From an uncultured Chloroflexia bacterium (lineage in GTDB: Bacteria > Chloroflexota > Limnocylindria > Limnocylindrales > CSP1-4): 64,000 bases of DNA. Positions 47,575 through 56,875 of this stretch are shown here, piece after piece (positions within the stretch are counted from its first letter, which is position 1; the number at the start of each line of letters is the position of its first letter). The translations under genes and the position numbers were made by a program. The DNA lies in the NCBI GenBank assembly GCA_963707215.1, contig CAVPPB010000001.1, forward strand, positions 320,001 through 384,000, written 5' to 3'. The notes below the pieces were generated by a model. It had not been told where the DNA came from. It did no database searches and saw only the letters and a list, made by a program, of their open reading frames with translations.

Positions 47575-48129
47575 ATGCCTCGACGGTTGTTCGCTTTCGA
47601 TCCGCCGGACCGTTTCGTGGTCGGCACCGTCGGCCAGCCCGGCCAGCGGACCTTCTTCCTCCAGGCCAGAGGTGACGGCCGCCTCGTCTCGGTATCGCTC
47701 GAGAAGGTCCAGGTGGCGGTCCTGGCCGAGCGACTCGACAGCCTCCTCGACGAGCTCCAGCGACGGGGCATCGCGGACTCATCCGCGGACCGGGCGGGGG
47801 CCGACGACGGACCACTCGACGAGCCCCTGAACGAGCTCTTCCGAGCCGGGACACTGTCATTGGGCTGGGATGCCGACCGCCCGGCGATCGTGATCGAGGC
47901 CCGCGAGGGCACCGAGGAGGAGACCGAGCTCGAGATCGAGGTCGACGACGACGACCCCGAGGGCCCCGACATCGTGCGGGTCCGCCTGACGCCCTCCCAG
48001 GCCCGCGATTTCGTCGACGGTGCCGAGCGGATCCTGGCGGCAGGACGCCCACCGTGTCCGATGTGTGGGCAGCCGCTGGACCCGCAGGGCCACCTCTGCC
48101 CGCGGCGGAACGGCACCTTCCTGAACTGA
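47575..48129 (+). CDS. DUF3090 family protein
   Basis: FVVGTVGQPGQRTFFLQA, LEKVQV, C-terminal GRPPCPMCGQPLDPQGHLCPRRNG. Confidence 0.88.
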   Translation: MPRRLFAFDPPDRFVVGTVGQPGQRTFFLQARGDGRLVSVSLEKVQVAVLAERLDSLLDELQRRGIADSSADRAGADDGPLDEPLNELFRAGTLSLGWDADRPAIVIEAREGTEEETELEIEVDDDDPEGPDIVRVRLTPSQARDFVDGAERILAAGRPPCPMCGQPLDPQGHLCPRRNGTFLN

Positions 48130-48137
48130 CACCGTCG

Positions 48138-48944
48138 ATGACCGGACCGCGGCGCGTCGTCCTGGACGCCGCCGGCGCAGAGCGCCTCCTCGCGGATGGC
48201 GAGCTCGATCTCGTCGGGCGGCTCGTCGCATCGTCGAACAACGCCCTCATCGGCACCCTGAGTGGGTCGATCGAGGGCGGGGACGACCCGCCCGCCGGCG
48301 AGGCGATCGGTCCGGAGGTGACCGGGCCCGCGGACCGTGACCCATTCACCGTCGCCTGCGTCTACAAGCCCATCCGGGGCGAACGACCGCTCTGGGACTT
48401 CCCCGACGGGACGCTGGCGCTCCGCGAGGTCGCCGCCTACGTCCTGTCGGAGGGTGGCGGCTGGGGGGTCGTGCCCCCCACGGTGCTCCGCGACGGACCC
48501 TTCGGACCCGGCATGCTGCAACTCTGGATCGAGCCCGATGAAGCGGTCGATCGGGTCGCCCTGGTCGTCGAGGGCGACCCGCGCCTCCGACCGATGGCGC
48601 TCTTCGACGCGGTCGCGAACAACGCTGACCGGAAGATCGGGCACCTCCTGCCCACGGATGACGGCCGCGTGTACGGGGTGGATCATGGGATCTGCTTTCA
48701 CGAGGAGCCGAAGCTCCGGACGGTCCTCTGGCACTGGCAGGGAGAACCATTCGACGCGTCGGAGACCGCCGCGCTCCAGGGGCTCCGTCGCTCGCTAACG
48801 GGGTCGCTCGGCGAACGCCTGGCCGAGCTTCTGAGCGACGACGAGGTCACCGCCGTCGACCGGCGCGCCGCCGCGCTCCTCCACGAGGGCCGCTTCCCGA
48901 TCCCCGACCCCGATCGACCCGCCCTTCCCTGGCCTCCGTACTGA
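48138..48944 (+). CDS. SCO1664 family PI3/PI4-kinase-like protein
   Basis: VYKPIRGERPLWDFPDGTLALREVAAY, GPFGPG, NNADRKIGH, GVDHG. Confidence 0.9.
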   Translation: MTGPRRVVLDAAGAERLLADGELDLVGRLVASSNNALIGTLSGSIEGGDDPPAGEAIGPEVTGPADRDPFTVACVYKPIRGERPLWDFPDGTLALREVAAYVLSEGGGWGVVPPTVLRDGPFGPGMLQLWIEPDEAVDRVALVVEGDPRLRPMALFDAVANNADRKIGHLLPTDDGRVYGVDHGICFHEEPKLRTVLWHWQGEPFDASETAALQGLRRSLTGSLGERLAELLSDDEVTAVDRRAAALLHEGRFPIPDPDRPALPWPPY

Positions 48945-48994
48945 TCGGTCGACCGGGACACTCGAGGGGGTCCTGCCGGTGCTAGCCTGACCCG

Positions 48995-50647
48995 ATGCGG
49001 CGCTGGAACGGCTGGGGCGATGAGGACACGACGCTGGACCTGTCGCCCAGGGCGGCCTGGCTGCTCGAGGAGCTGCTGGGGCCCGGGACGCCGCCCCGCG
49101 ACGCATCCATCGATGACGCCCTCGGCGGCATCCCGCCCGGCCGCCTGCCGGCCCGTCCAGGCATCCTGGCCGACCCGGAGACGCGCCTGCGTCACGCCCG
49201 AGGCCAGAGTCTGCCCGACTGGGTCGCCCTGCGATCCGGGCACCCGGGCACGGTCCCGGACGGGGTGGCGCTGCCGGCCGATGCCGACGCCGTCGGTCGG
49301 CTCATCGCCCTCGCAGGGTCCGTCGGCGCCTCGGTCGTGCCGTACGGCGGCGGGACCGGCGTGGTCGGCGGCCTCGGCCCGTTCGATCCGGCGATCCCCA
49401 CGTTGCTCGTGTCGCTCGAACGGCTGAGCGGGCTCCGATCCCTGGACCACGAGAGCGGCCTCGCGACCTTCGGGGCCGGGTCCACCGGTCCGACCGTCGA
49501 GGGGGCCCTGGCTGCCCAGGGGCTGACCCTGGGCCACTACCCGCAGAGCTGGGAGCTCTCGACCGTCGGGGGCTGGGTGGCGACCCGCTCTGCTGGGCAG
49601 CAGTCGATCGGCTACGGGCGGATCGATTCCTTGTTCGCCGGCGGCCGCCTGGTGGCACCGGCAGGCATGCTCGAGCTGCCGCCACACCCGGCCTCGGCCG
49701 CCGGTCCCGATCTGCGCCAACTGGTACTGGGCTCCGAGGGTCGACTGGGGATCCTCACCGACGTCACCCTCCGGGCGGTGCCCCGGCCGGAGCTCGAGGT
49801 GGTGCTGGGAGCCTTCCTGCCCGGGGTCGACGCCGGCATCGCGGCGTCGCAGGAGCTGGCCCGGGCACACCTGCCCATCTCGATGATCCGTTTCTCGACC
49901 CCGGCCGAGACGCGAACGACGCTGGCGATGGCCGCCGACAGGACCTCGGTCCGGCTGCTGGAGCGCTATCTGGGGGCGCGGGGGCTCGGGTCCGGACGCT
50001 GTCTGCTGCTCGTCGTCCTGACCGGGCGCCGGCGGGTCGTAGAGGCCGGCCGCCGCGAGGTCCGGTCGATCGTGAGAAGCCACCGAGGGATGGGCGCCCC
50101 GGGCGCCCTCGGACGACGCTGGATGACCGAGCGGTTCCGGGCCCCGTACCTGCGCAACACGCTTTGGGAAGCGGGCTACGCGGTCGACACGGTCGAGACC
50201 GCCACCGACTGGGCGAGGCTGCCGGCGCTGGCTCGCGCCGTGGCCGCGACGCTCCGCGGAGGGCTGGCCGACGAGGGCGAGCGAGTCCACGCCTTCAGCC
50301 ACCTCTCGCACGTCTACCCGACCGGCTCCAGCCTCTACTCGACGTTCATCTTCCGTGTCGCACCCGACCCGGAGCTCACCCTGGGGCGCTGGAGCCGGCT
50401 CAAGGCGGCCGTCAGCCGGGCGATCGTCGAGGGGGGCGGCACGATCAGCCATCAGCACGGTGTCGGTGCCGACCACGCCCCCTACCTTGCGGCAGAGAAG
50501 GGAGCTCTCGGCCTGGCCGCCCTCCGGGCCGTCGCCGATCGGTTCGACCCTGACGGGCGGATGAACCCCGGTCGGCTGCTGACGAACGAGCCCCCGACCG
50601 CAGCCCAGCGGACCATCGGAGCCGGCGACGGCTCGACCTGCGCGTGA
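48995..50647 (+). CDS. FAD-binding oxidoreductase, alkyl-dihydroxyacetone-phosphate synthase-like
   Basis: MRRWNGWG, PYGGGT, GHYPQSWELSTVGGW, SAAGPD, GSEGRLG, HLSHVYPTG, ISHQHGVG. Confidence 0.88.
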   Translation: MRRWNGWGDEDTTLDLSPRAAWLLEELLGPGTPPRDASIDDALGGIPPGRLPARPGILADPETRLRHARGQSLPDWVALRSGHPGTVPDGVALPADADAVGRLIALAGSVGASVVPYGGGTGVVGGLGPFDPAIPTLLVSLERLSGLRSLDHESGLATFGAGSTGPTVEGALAAQGLTLGHYPQSWELSTVGGWVATRSAGQQSIGYGRIDSLFAGGRLVAPAGMLELPPHPASAAGPDLRQLVLGSEGRLGILTDVTLRAVPRPELEVVLGAFLPGVDAGIAASQELARAHLPISMIRFSTPAETRTTLAMAADRTSVRLLERYLGARGLGSGRCLLLVVLTGRRRVVEAGRREVRSIVRSHRGMGAPGALGRRWMTERFRAPYLRNTLWEAGYAVDTVETATDWARLPALARAVAATLRGGLADEGERVHAFSHLSHVYPTGSSLYSTFIFRVAPDPELTLGRWSRLKAAVSRAIVEGGGTISHQHGVGADHAPYLAAEKGALGLAALRAVADRFDPDGRMNPGRLLTNEPPTAAQRTIGAGDGSTCA

Positions 50648-52230
50648 CCGCCGCACGGCCGGCCCACGCCGCCGACCGACTCCTGGCCATCGATGTCGGG
50701 ACCCAGAGCGTCCGGGCCCTGCTGTTCGACCCGCGGGGCACGCTCATCGCCGGCGCCCGGGTGCCGATCGAGCCCTACGTGTCCCCGGAGCCGGGCTGGG
50801 CCGAGCAGGACCCCGACGTCTACTGGCACGCCATCGGCGATGCCTGCGCCGCGCTCCGCGGGAAGGTCAGGGCCGGCCCCGTCGAGGCGATCGCGGGGCT
50901 GGCCCTGACGACCCAACGGGGCACGGTCGTGGTGGCGGACGACGCCGGCCGGCCGCTCCGCCCGGCCATGGTCTGGCTCGACCAACGACGGACCTACGGC
51001 CTGCCCCCGATCGGAGGGGTCACCGGCCTGGCGTTCCGGGCGCTCGGCGTCCGTGACACGGTCGCCGCCTTCCAGGCCGACGCCGAGGCGAACTGGATCG
51101 CCCACCACGAGCCCGCGACCTGGGCGGCCACCCGGCGCTATGGCCTCCTCTCGGCCTTCCTGTCGGCGCGCCTCGTCGGCCGGTGGGTCGACGCGGACGC
51201 CTGCCAGGTCGGCTACCTGCCCTTCGACTTCCGTCGCCGGCGCTGGGCGGCCGACGGCGACTGGCGCTGGCGGGTCGCGCCGATCCGCCGGGAGCAGCTG
51301 CCGGAGCTCGTCCGGTCCGGCGATCGGCTCGGGACGCTGACGCCCGCGGCCGCCGACCATCTCGGGCTGCCGGCCAGGCTCCCGGTCATCGCGGCGGCGG
51401 CCGACAAGGCCTGCGAGGTCCTGGGCAGCGGCGCCCTGGAGCCCGACGTCGCGGCCCTGTCCTACGGAACGACGGCCACGGTCAACACGACCCACCGCCG
51501 GTACGTCGAGGCGGTCCGGCTGGTACCCCCGTATCCGGCCGCGATCCCGGACGCCTACAGCCTCGAGATCCAGGTCTACCGCGGCTACTGGCTCGTCGAG
51601 TGGTTCAAGCGGCAGTTCGGCGACCGCGAGGTGGCCCGCGCGGCAGCGGTCGGCAGCAGCCCCGAGGCGCTCCTCGACGAGCTCCTCGAGGAGACCCCGC
51701 CGGGCGCCATGGGCCTCGTCCTCCAGCCAACGTGGACCCCGGGCATCCGTGTCCCCGGTCCGGAAGCGAAGGGCGCCGTCGTCGGGTTCTCTGACGTCCA
51801 CACCCGCGCCCACCTCTATCGAGCCATCCTGGAGGGTCTCGCCTACGCCCTCCGCGAGGGCCTGGAGCGGAGCGAGCGTCGGTCAGGCGTGCGGGCGACC
51901 GAGGTCCGGATCGCCGGCGGCGGCTCGCGCAGCGGCGCCGCCCTGCAGCTGACAGCCGACGTCTTCGGTCGGCCGGCCGCTCGTCCTCACACGGACGAGG
52001 CCTCGGGTCTGGGAGCGGCCATCGTGGCCGCGATCGGGCTCGGGATCCACCACGACGCGGCCGCGGCGGTCCGGGAGATGACCCGGACCCGGGAGACTCG
52101 CGATCCGGACCGCGTCGTCTCGGCGACGTACGACGAGCTCTACCGGCGCGTCTACCGGCGCCTCTACCCTGCCCTGCGCCCACTCTACGAGGACGTCCGC
52201 CGGATCACCGGCTACCCGCCCCAGCCGTAG
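50644..52230 (+). CDS. FGGY-family carbohydrate kinase
   Basis: AIDVGTQSVRA, GWAEQDP, VWLDQR, RAILEG, AGGGSRS; GTGA overlap with the upstream gene. Confidence 0.92.
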   Translation: MTAARPAHAADRLLAIDVGTQSVRALLFDPRGTLIAGARVPIEPYVSPEPGWAEQDPDVYWHAIGDACAALRGKVRAGPVEAIAGLALTTQRGTVVVADDAGRPLRPAMVWLDQRRTYGLPPIGGVTGLAFRALGVRDTVAAFQADAEANWIAHHEPATWAATRRYGLLSAFLSARLVGRWVDADACQVGYLPFDFRRRRWAADGDWRWRVAPIRREQLPELVRSGDRLGTLTPAAADHLGLPARLPVIAAAADKACEVLGSGALEPDVAALSYGTTATVNTTHRRYVEAVRLVPPYPAAIPDAYSLEIQVYRGYWLVEWFKRQFGDREVARAAAVGSSPEALLDELLEETPPGAMGLVLQPTWTPGIRVPGPEAKGAVVGFSDVHTRAHLYRAILEGLAYALREGLERSERRSGVRATEVRIAGGGSRSGAALQLTADVFGRPAARPHTDEASGLGAAIVAAIGLGIHHDAAAAVREMTRTRETRDPDRVVSATYDELYRRVYRRLYPALRPLYEDVRRITGYPPQP

Positions 52231-52319
52231 GGGGCGTACAGCACGCGGGGCCACGACCACGCCTGCGTGGCGTCGTCGCATCAGAGCCCCGCCTCGACCG
52301 GAGGTGTCGACCCCCTGGC

Positions 52320-52967
52320 TCAGGACTCGCGGCGCTCCAGCACCAGGGTCTGCCAGAACCACCCTCGGTGCCGCGCCACCAGCGTCAGACCGGCCGCGGT
52401 CGCGGCCCCTACGACCGCCTCGGTCCGGTGGACATGGACCCGGAAGGGATCGCGCCGGATGGCGGACCAGGCATTGCTCAGGGCGACGCCCAGGCGGATC
52501 CAGGCGTCGTCACGGGGCACGACGATCCCGAGTCGGCGACGGGCCCGAGCTGCGGCCAGGCCCACGAGTGCCGGCATGTCCGGGTAGCAGCAGATGACCC
52601 GGTCCAGGGCGACGAGATCGGCGGCCTCGAGCTCCTCGGCCAGGGTCACGGCATCGCCCTTGCGGTAGGTGACCCGGTCCGCCCAGCCACGCCGCTCGGC
52701 CTCGCTCCTGGCTGCCGCGAGGTACGGCCCCGAGGCATCGACGTCGACCGCTGACGCCGCACCGGCGTCCAGGAGCGCGTGATGGATGGCCCCGACGCCA
52801 CCGCCGATCTCGAGGACCGTCAGCCCGTCGACCCCATCGACCGCCAACGCCTCGATCAGGCGACGCGTCCAGCCCCGGGGCCCGTTCCGCCGGTAGTCGA
52901 GCAGGCGCTCACGAGCTCGAGGCTCGTCGAACTGGACGTCGTAGACAGTCTGCTCGCAGCAGTCCAT
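52320..52967 (-). CDS. Class I SAM-dependent methyltransferase
   Basis: VLEIGGGVG, DVDAS, LDRVICCYPD; TAGGAT-N5-ATG start. Confidence 0.85.
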   Translation of the reverse strand: MDCCEQTVYDVQFDEPRARERLLDYRRNGPRGWTRRLIEALAVDGVDGLTVLEIGGGVGAIHHALLDAGAASAVDVDASGPYLAAARSEAERRGWADRVTYRKGDAVTLAEELEAADLVALDRVICCYPDMPALVGLAAARARRRLGIVVPRDDAWIRLGVALSNAWSAIRRDPFRVHVHRTEAVVGAATAAGLTLVARHRGWFWQTLVLERRES

Positions 52968-53063
52968 GGGGCATCCTAGCCCGTCCCGCAGGCTGGGTCG
53001 AACCCTAGCGCCTCGCGAGCGGTACGCTCTGATGACCGACCGACCTCGCGGACGGAGCTGCCC

Positions 53064-54191
53064 TTGGGCCCGTACGTCATCCGGCGCCTGCTCGGCATGA
53101 TCCCGATGCTCCTGCTCGTCGCGGTCGTCGGCTGGGTGATCGTGCGCCTCTCGCCGTACGGGCCGCAGGGCCGGTTCGCCTTCTCGCGGATCCCCAACGA
53201 CGTCGTCGACGCGTGGCTCCGCGATCACTGCCTCGACCCTACGACCCGGATGGGGCCGCAGCTCGAGGCCACGACGAAGGAGTTCCTCGCCTACCTCGGG
53301 ATCTGGAACTGCCAGACCCAGAGCCCATTCACGGAGGCCGGTGGGCTCAACATCCTGCCCGAGGCGCTGGGCGGAGGGACGAACGGGCTGCTCCACCTCG
53401 ACTTCGGCCTCTCCATCGACTACCAGGAGCCCGTCATCGAGGTCGTCCTCGAGCGGCTCCCGATCACGCTGCTCCTGATGGTCCCGGCTCTTGTCTTCGC
53501 GGTCGTCGTCGCCGTGCTGCTCGGGGTCTTCCAGGCCCGCCGCGCGAGCTCGACCGAGGACCGGGCCCTCGAGATCCTGGCCTACCTAGCGCTGTCAGCC
53601 CCGGTCTTCTGGATCGCCAACATGCTGACGATCGTCTTCGGCTGGCAGCTGGGCTGGTTGCCGGTCCACGGGCTGGTCGACAACCTCCGCTTCCCGACCT
53701 TCGGAACCGATGCCTACTGGGCCGCGCTCGCCGCCGACCCGCTGGCCGTCGGCAGCGATCTGGTCGGCCACCTGATCATCCCGTGGACGGCGCTGTTGGT
53801 CGGGGCGGCGGCGATCGAGAGCCGCTTCGTCCGCAACAGCCTCCTGGAGCAGCTCGACGAGCCGTACATCCGGACCGCCTACGCGAAGGGCGCCACCGAG
53901 CACCGGGTCTTCTACCACCACGCCTTCCGGAACACGGCGACGGTCGTCCTGACGAGGGTCGGACTCCTCGTCCCGGTCATCTTCACCGGCTCGATCGTCA
54001 TCGAGCAGGCGTTCGCCATCAACGGGATGGGCCGGCTCATGCTGCAGGCGCTCCGCTCGATGGACGTCTACGTGGTCATGGGCCTGATCATCGTGGGCGG
54101 GGCCATCGTCCTCATCGTCAACCTGGTCACCGACCTGCTCTACGGCGTCGTGGATCCTCGCGTCCGGCATCCGGGCCGCTATCGGGTCTGA
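53064..54191 (+). CDS. Peptide/nickel ABC transporter permease (DppB/OppB family), stand-alone
   Basis: YVIRRLL, LDFGLS, ERLPITL, PVFW, YIRTAYAKG, HAFRN, IEQAFAINGMG, DLLYGVVDPRVR. Confidence 0.9.
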   Translation: MGPYVIRRLLGMIPMLLLVAVVGWVIVRLSPYGPQGRFAFSRIPNDVVDAWLRDHCLDPTTRMGPQLEATTKEFLAYLGIWNCQTQSPFTEAGGLNILPEALGGGTNGLLHLDFGLSIDYQEPVIEVVLERLPITLLLMVPALVFAVVVAVLLGVFQARRASSTEDRALEILAYLALSAPVFWIANMLTIVFGWQLGWLPVHGLVDNLRFPTFGTDAYWAALAADPLAVGSDLVGHLIIPWTALLVGAAAIESRFVRNSLLEQLDEPYIRTAYAKGATEHRVFYHHAFRNTATVVLTRVGLLVPVIFTGSIVIEQAFAINGMGRLMLQALRSMDVYVVMGLIIVGGAIVLIVNLVTDLLYGVVDPRVRHPGRYRV

Positions 54192-54200
54192 GTGAGGCGT

Positions 54201-54229
54201 TTGACAGGCTTGGCCGGGCCGACGATGCT
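54201..54229 (+). promoter_or_regulatory. Sigma-70 promoter TTGACA-N17-GATGCT
   Basis: Perfect -35 consensus with canonical spacing, about 170 nt upstream of the small Zn-ribbon ORF. Confidence 0.6.
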
Positions 54230-54400
54230 GTGGCATATCGCCCGACGTGACGGCCGCTCGGTCACCGAGCCCCTTCCGCTCCACCAGCGAACGCCGCCCG
54301 GGCCCGACGCGCTCCGACCCCCTGACCGGTCGTGGGAGCGCCATAGCCGGGACCACCGCCCACCACGCGGTGATGATCCCGAGAGGAAGACCGACCCGAC

Positions 54401-54586
54401 ATGCTTTCGCGTTCCGCGACCATGAACGTCAGCCGACGTGCCACGTCGATGCGCCGCCAGCGGCGCCGAACCCACAACGCCCGGCTCTACTGCGCGACGA
54501 ACGGCTGCGCCAGCATCCTGGACCTGGATCCCGGGACCGGGCTGGCGACCTGCCGGATCTGCGGCTTCCGCCGCCGGCTCGACTGA
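54401..54586 (+). CDS. Small basic Zn-ribbon protein (61 aa)
   Basis: Arg-rich RRQRRR, then CATNGC...CRICG; GAGAGGA upstream; own promoter. Confidence 0.65.
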   Translation: MLSRSATMNVSRRATSMRRQRRRTHNARLYCATNGCASILDLDPGTGLATCRICGFRRRLD

Positions 54587-54791
54587 CCCTGGGCGACCCC
54601 ACGGCTCTGGTGATCCGACGGATCCACCACGGCGGCGGGTGGTGCCCCGGCGCACCGGCTCTCGAGGTTCGTTGACGGCCCACCAATCCATCTGCCCTTG
54701 TCCGCCCGAAGTAGGACTGAACCGAGCTTCGCCCGATGGACCGACGAACGGCCACGGACGCTCGAGCTGCATGACAAGGGAGTCAGACCCG

Positions 54792-55631
54792 ATGCACCGC
54801 CGCTTCGGCCGCCTCGCGGCCCTCCTCGGCGCCGGGGCCCTCGCCCTGGCCATCACCGCCCCGGTGTCCGCCGATGGCCACGAGGCCAAGGTCCGCGTCC
54901 TTCACGGCTCGCCGGACGCCCCGGCCGTCGACGTCAAGGTCGACGATGCCAACGTCCTCGAGAACGTCCCCTTCAAGGCGATCTCCGACTACCTGACCGT
55001 GCCCGCCGGCACCTACAACATCAAGGTCTGTGCCACCGGCACTGACACCTGCGTCATCGATGCCGACCTGACCTTCGAGGGCGGCAAGATGTACACGGTC
55101 GCTGCCACGAACCTGCTCGCCTCGATCGAGGCCCAGGTCATCGAGGATGCCCCGGCCCCCTCGGCTGACAAGGCTCAGGCCCGCGTCATCCACTTCTCGG
55201 CCGACACGCCCGCCGTCGACGTCCTCACCCAGGACGGCTCGGCCAAGGTCGTCGAGAACCTGGCCTACCCGAACGCCACCGGCTACCTGGACCTCGACCC
55301 CGGGTCTTACGACCTGAAGGTCTGCGCCAGCGCCGACAACGATGTCTGCCCCCTCGATCCGCCCGCCCTCGACCTGATGGCCGGCAACTCCTATAGCGTC
55401 TTCGCCGTCGGCTCGCTCGAGGGCCAGACCCTCGACGCCGTCGTCGCCGTCGATGCGACCTTCACGGCCACCCCGGCCCCCGAGGTCACCCCGCCCCCGA
55501 CCGACGCCCTCGGCACGACCGAGACCTCGAGCGGCACCGGCATCTTCGCCGCCCTCTCCGTCCTCGGCATCGCCGCCATCGGCGCCGTCGTGATGGGCCG
55601 CCGCCTGGCGACCCGCCGCGTCGAGAAGTAG
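54792..55631 (+). CDS. DUF4397-domain secreted protein with a C-terminal sorting tail
   Basis: Signal peptide; two repeats RVLHGSPDAPAVDV and RVIHFSADTPAVDV; tail TPPPTD, TM helix, then RRLATRR. Confidence 0.9.
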   Translation: MHRRFGRLAALLGAGALALAITAPVSADGHEAKVRVLHGSPDAPAVDVKVDDANVLENVPFKAISDYLTVPAGTYNIKVCATGTDTCVIDADLTFEGGKMYTVAATNLLASIEAQVIEDAPAPSADKAQARVIHFSADTPAVDVLTQDGSAKVVENLAYPNATGYLDLDPGSYDLKVCASADNDVCPLDPPALDLMAGNSYSVFAVGSLEGQTLDAVVAVDATFTATPAPEVTPPPTDALGTTETSSGTGIFAALSVLGIAAIGAVVMGRRLATRRVEK

Positions 55632-55650
55632 CCCAACCCCTCCCCGTCTC

Positions 55651-55682
55651 CGAAGCCGGCCCGGCCCCCCGGGCCGGCTTCG
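55651..55682. terminator. Strong hairpin terminator between convergent genes
   Basis: CGAAGCCGGCCCGG-CCCC-CCGGGCCGGCTTCG, a perfect 14-bp stem. Confidence 0.75.
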
Positions 55683-55698
55683 CCGTTCCCGGCGACGA

Positions 55699-56208
55699 TC
55701 AGTCGCCGAACGGGATAGCAGGCCCCGAGCCGGACACCGCGCAACGCGTGCAGCCGCGAGCCCGCGCCCGCAGGCGCCAGACCAGCGTGACCGCCAGGAG
55801 GGCGACGGAGGCCGCTCCCAGGATCGGCTGGATCGGAGCGAACAGCTGGAGGGCCCCCGTGGTCCCGAGGAGCACGAGGACGATCTTGTTGCAGATGGGG
55901 CATCCGATGGCGAGGAAGGCGACGAGCCCGCCGAGGGTAAGACCGGCCTCGCCACCCGACCCCCGGTGCGGATCGGGTCCGCTTCGAGCATCAGGGGGCA
56001 CGAGCCAGTCGGCGATGAGCAGGCCGGCCAGGGCCGCCGAGGCGATCCAGACGGCATAGGCGAAGGGCTCGGCTTCGATCTGGCGTCCGAAGACCGGGTT
56101 CGGGATCAGGGCCGCGGGGATGCCGAGGAGAAGGAGTGTCCCGACCGACCCCAGGAGCGCCATCCACCAGAAGCGGGGCGTCAGGGTCGCCGCCAGCGCG
56201 CTCATCAC
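55699..56208 (-). CDS. 4-TM membrane protein with CPxC and CxxC motifs
   Basis: IPNPVFGR, AIGCPICNK, FAPIQP, C-terminal GCTRC; ATGA overlap with the DUF1992 gene. Confidence 0.8.
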   Translation of the reverse strand: MMSALAATLTPRFWWMALLGSVGTLLLLGIPAALIPNPVFGRQIEAEPFAYAVWIASAALAGLLIADWLVPPDARSGPDPHRGSGGEAGLTLGGLVAFLAIGCPICNKIVLVLLGTTGALQLFAPIQPILGAASVALLAVTLVWRLRARARGCTRCAVSGSGPAIPFGD

Positions 56209-56699
56209 GGGCGTTCCCCGGGCACGGGAGCCCGGCGTCGGTCCGTGGCGGCGTGGATCTCGGCGAGGTGCGCCAGCTCCGGGCCGATCCCGAGGCGCCT
56301 GCGATGCTGGACGCTCGTCGGGGCGAGCTGCTCCAGGTCGAGGACGAGCCGGTCATGCACCCGGACCAGTTCGGCGAGCTCGTTCCGGTCGCGCTCGCGG
56401 CCGAGCCGGGACGACCGGGCCGCCCGGTCCAGGATGGCCGCCCGTCGCTCGAGCAGGTCGCGGATCTCCACGTCGACCTGGATCCACGACGGAGCGAAGC
56501 CGTTCTGGCGCAGCAGGTGGTGACCGAGCGCCCACTCGGCATCGACGTCCTCATCCTGGACGGGCAGCCGCTGGCCCTGGAACGGAAGGTCGTCGAAGGC
56601 ACCCGCCTCCACCGCCTCGCGGAGCTGGCGGTCGACGAGGCTCTCCCAGGTGGGAGCGACCTGTCGGGCACCGGTGGCGTCGCGTCGCATGGAGCTCAC
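56205..56699 (-). CDS. DUF1992 (DnaJ-related) domain protein
   Basis: WESLVDRQLREAVEAGAFDDLPFQGQRL...LLRQNGFAPSWI; TACCAT-N6-GTG start. Confidence 0.85.
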   Translation of the reverse strand: MSSMRRDATGARQVAPTWESLVDRQLREAVEAGAFDDLPFQGQRLPVQDEDVDAEWALGHHLLRQNGFAPSWIQVDVEIRDLLERRAAILDRAARSSRLGRERDRNELAELVRVHDRLVLDLEQLAPTSVQHRRRLGIGPELAHLAEIHAATDRRRAPVPGERP

Positions 56700-56875
56700 G
56701 CGACGATGGTACCGGGAGCCGCCGCGCGGCGGTCGTGATGGGTCCGGGGCTTCCGCGGGGGCGGGACTCGACCGAATGCCCGGCCGCGCACGCAGGTCCG
56801 CCGACGGGCGACGATCCGGAGGGCTCCCCGCCGGCGACTCACCGGACCGGCCCACCGACCGGCTAGGCTGCATCC

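Noticed and set aside
52320-52967. BchM (phototrophy marker)
   Set aside because: Only generic similarity in the SAM-binding region; no other bch or puf genes in the window.
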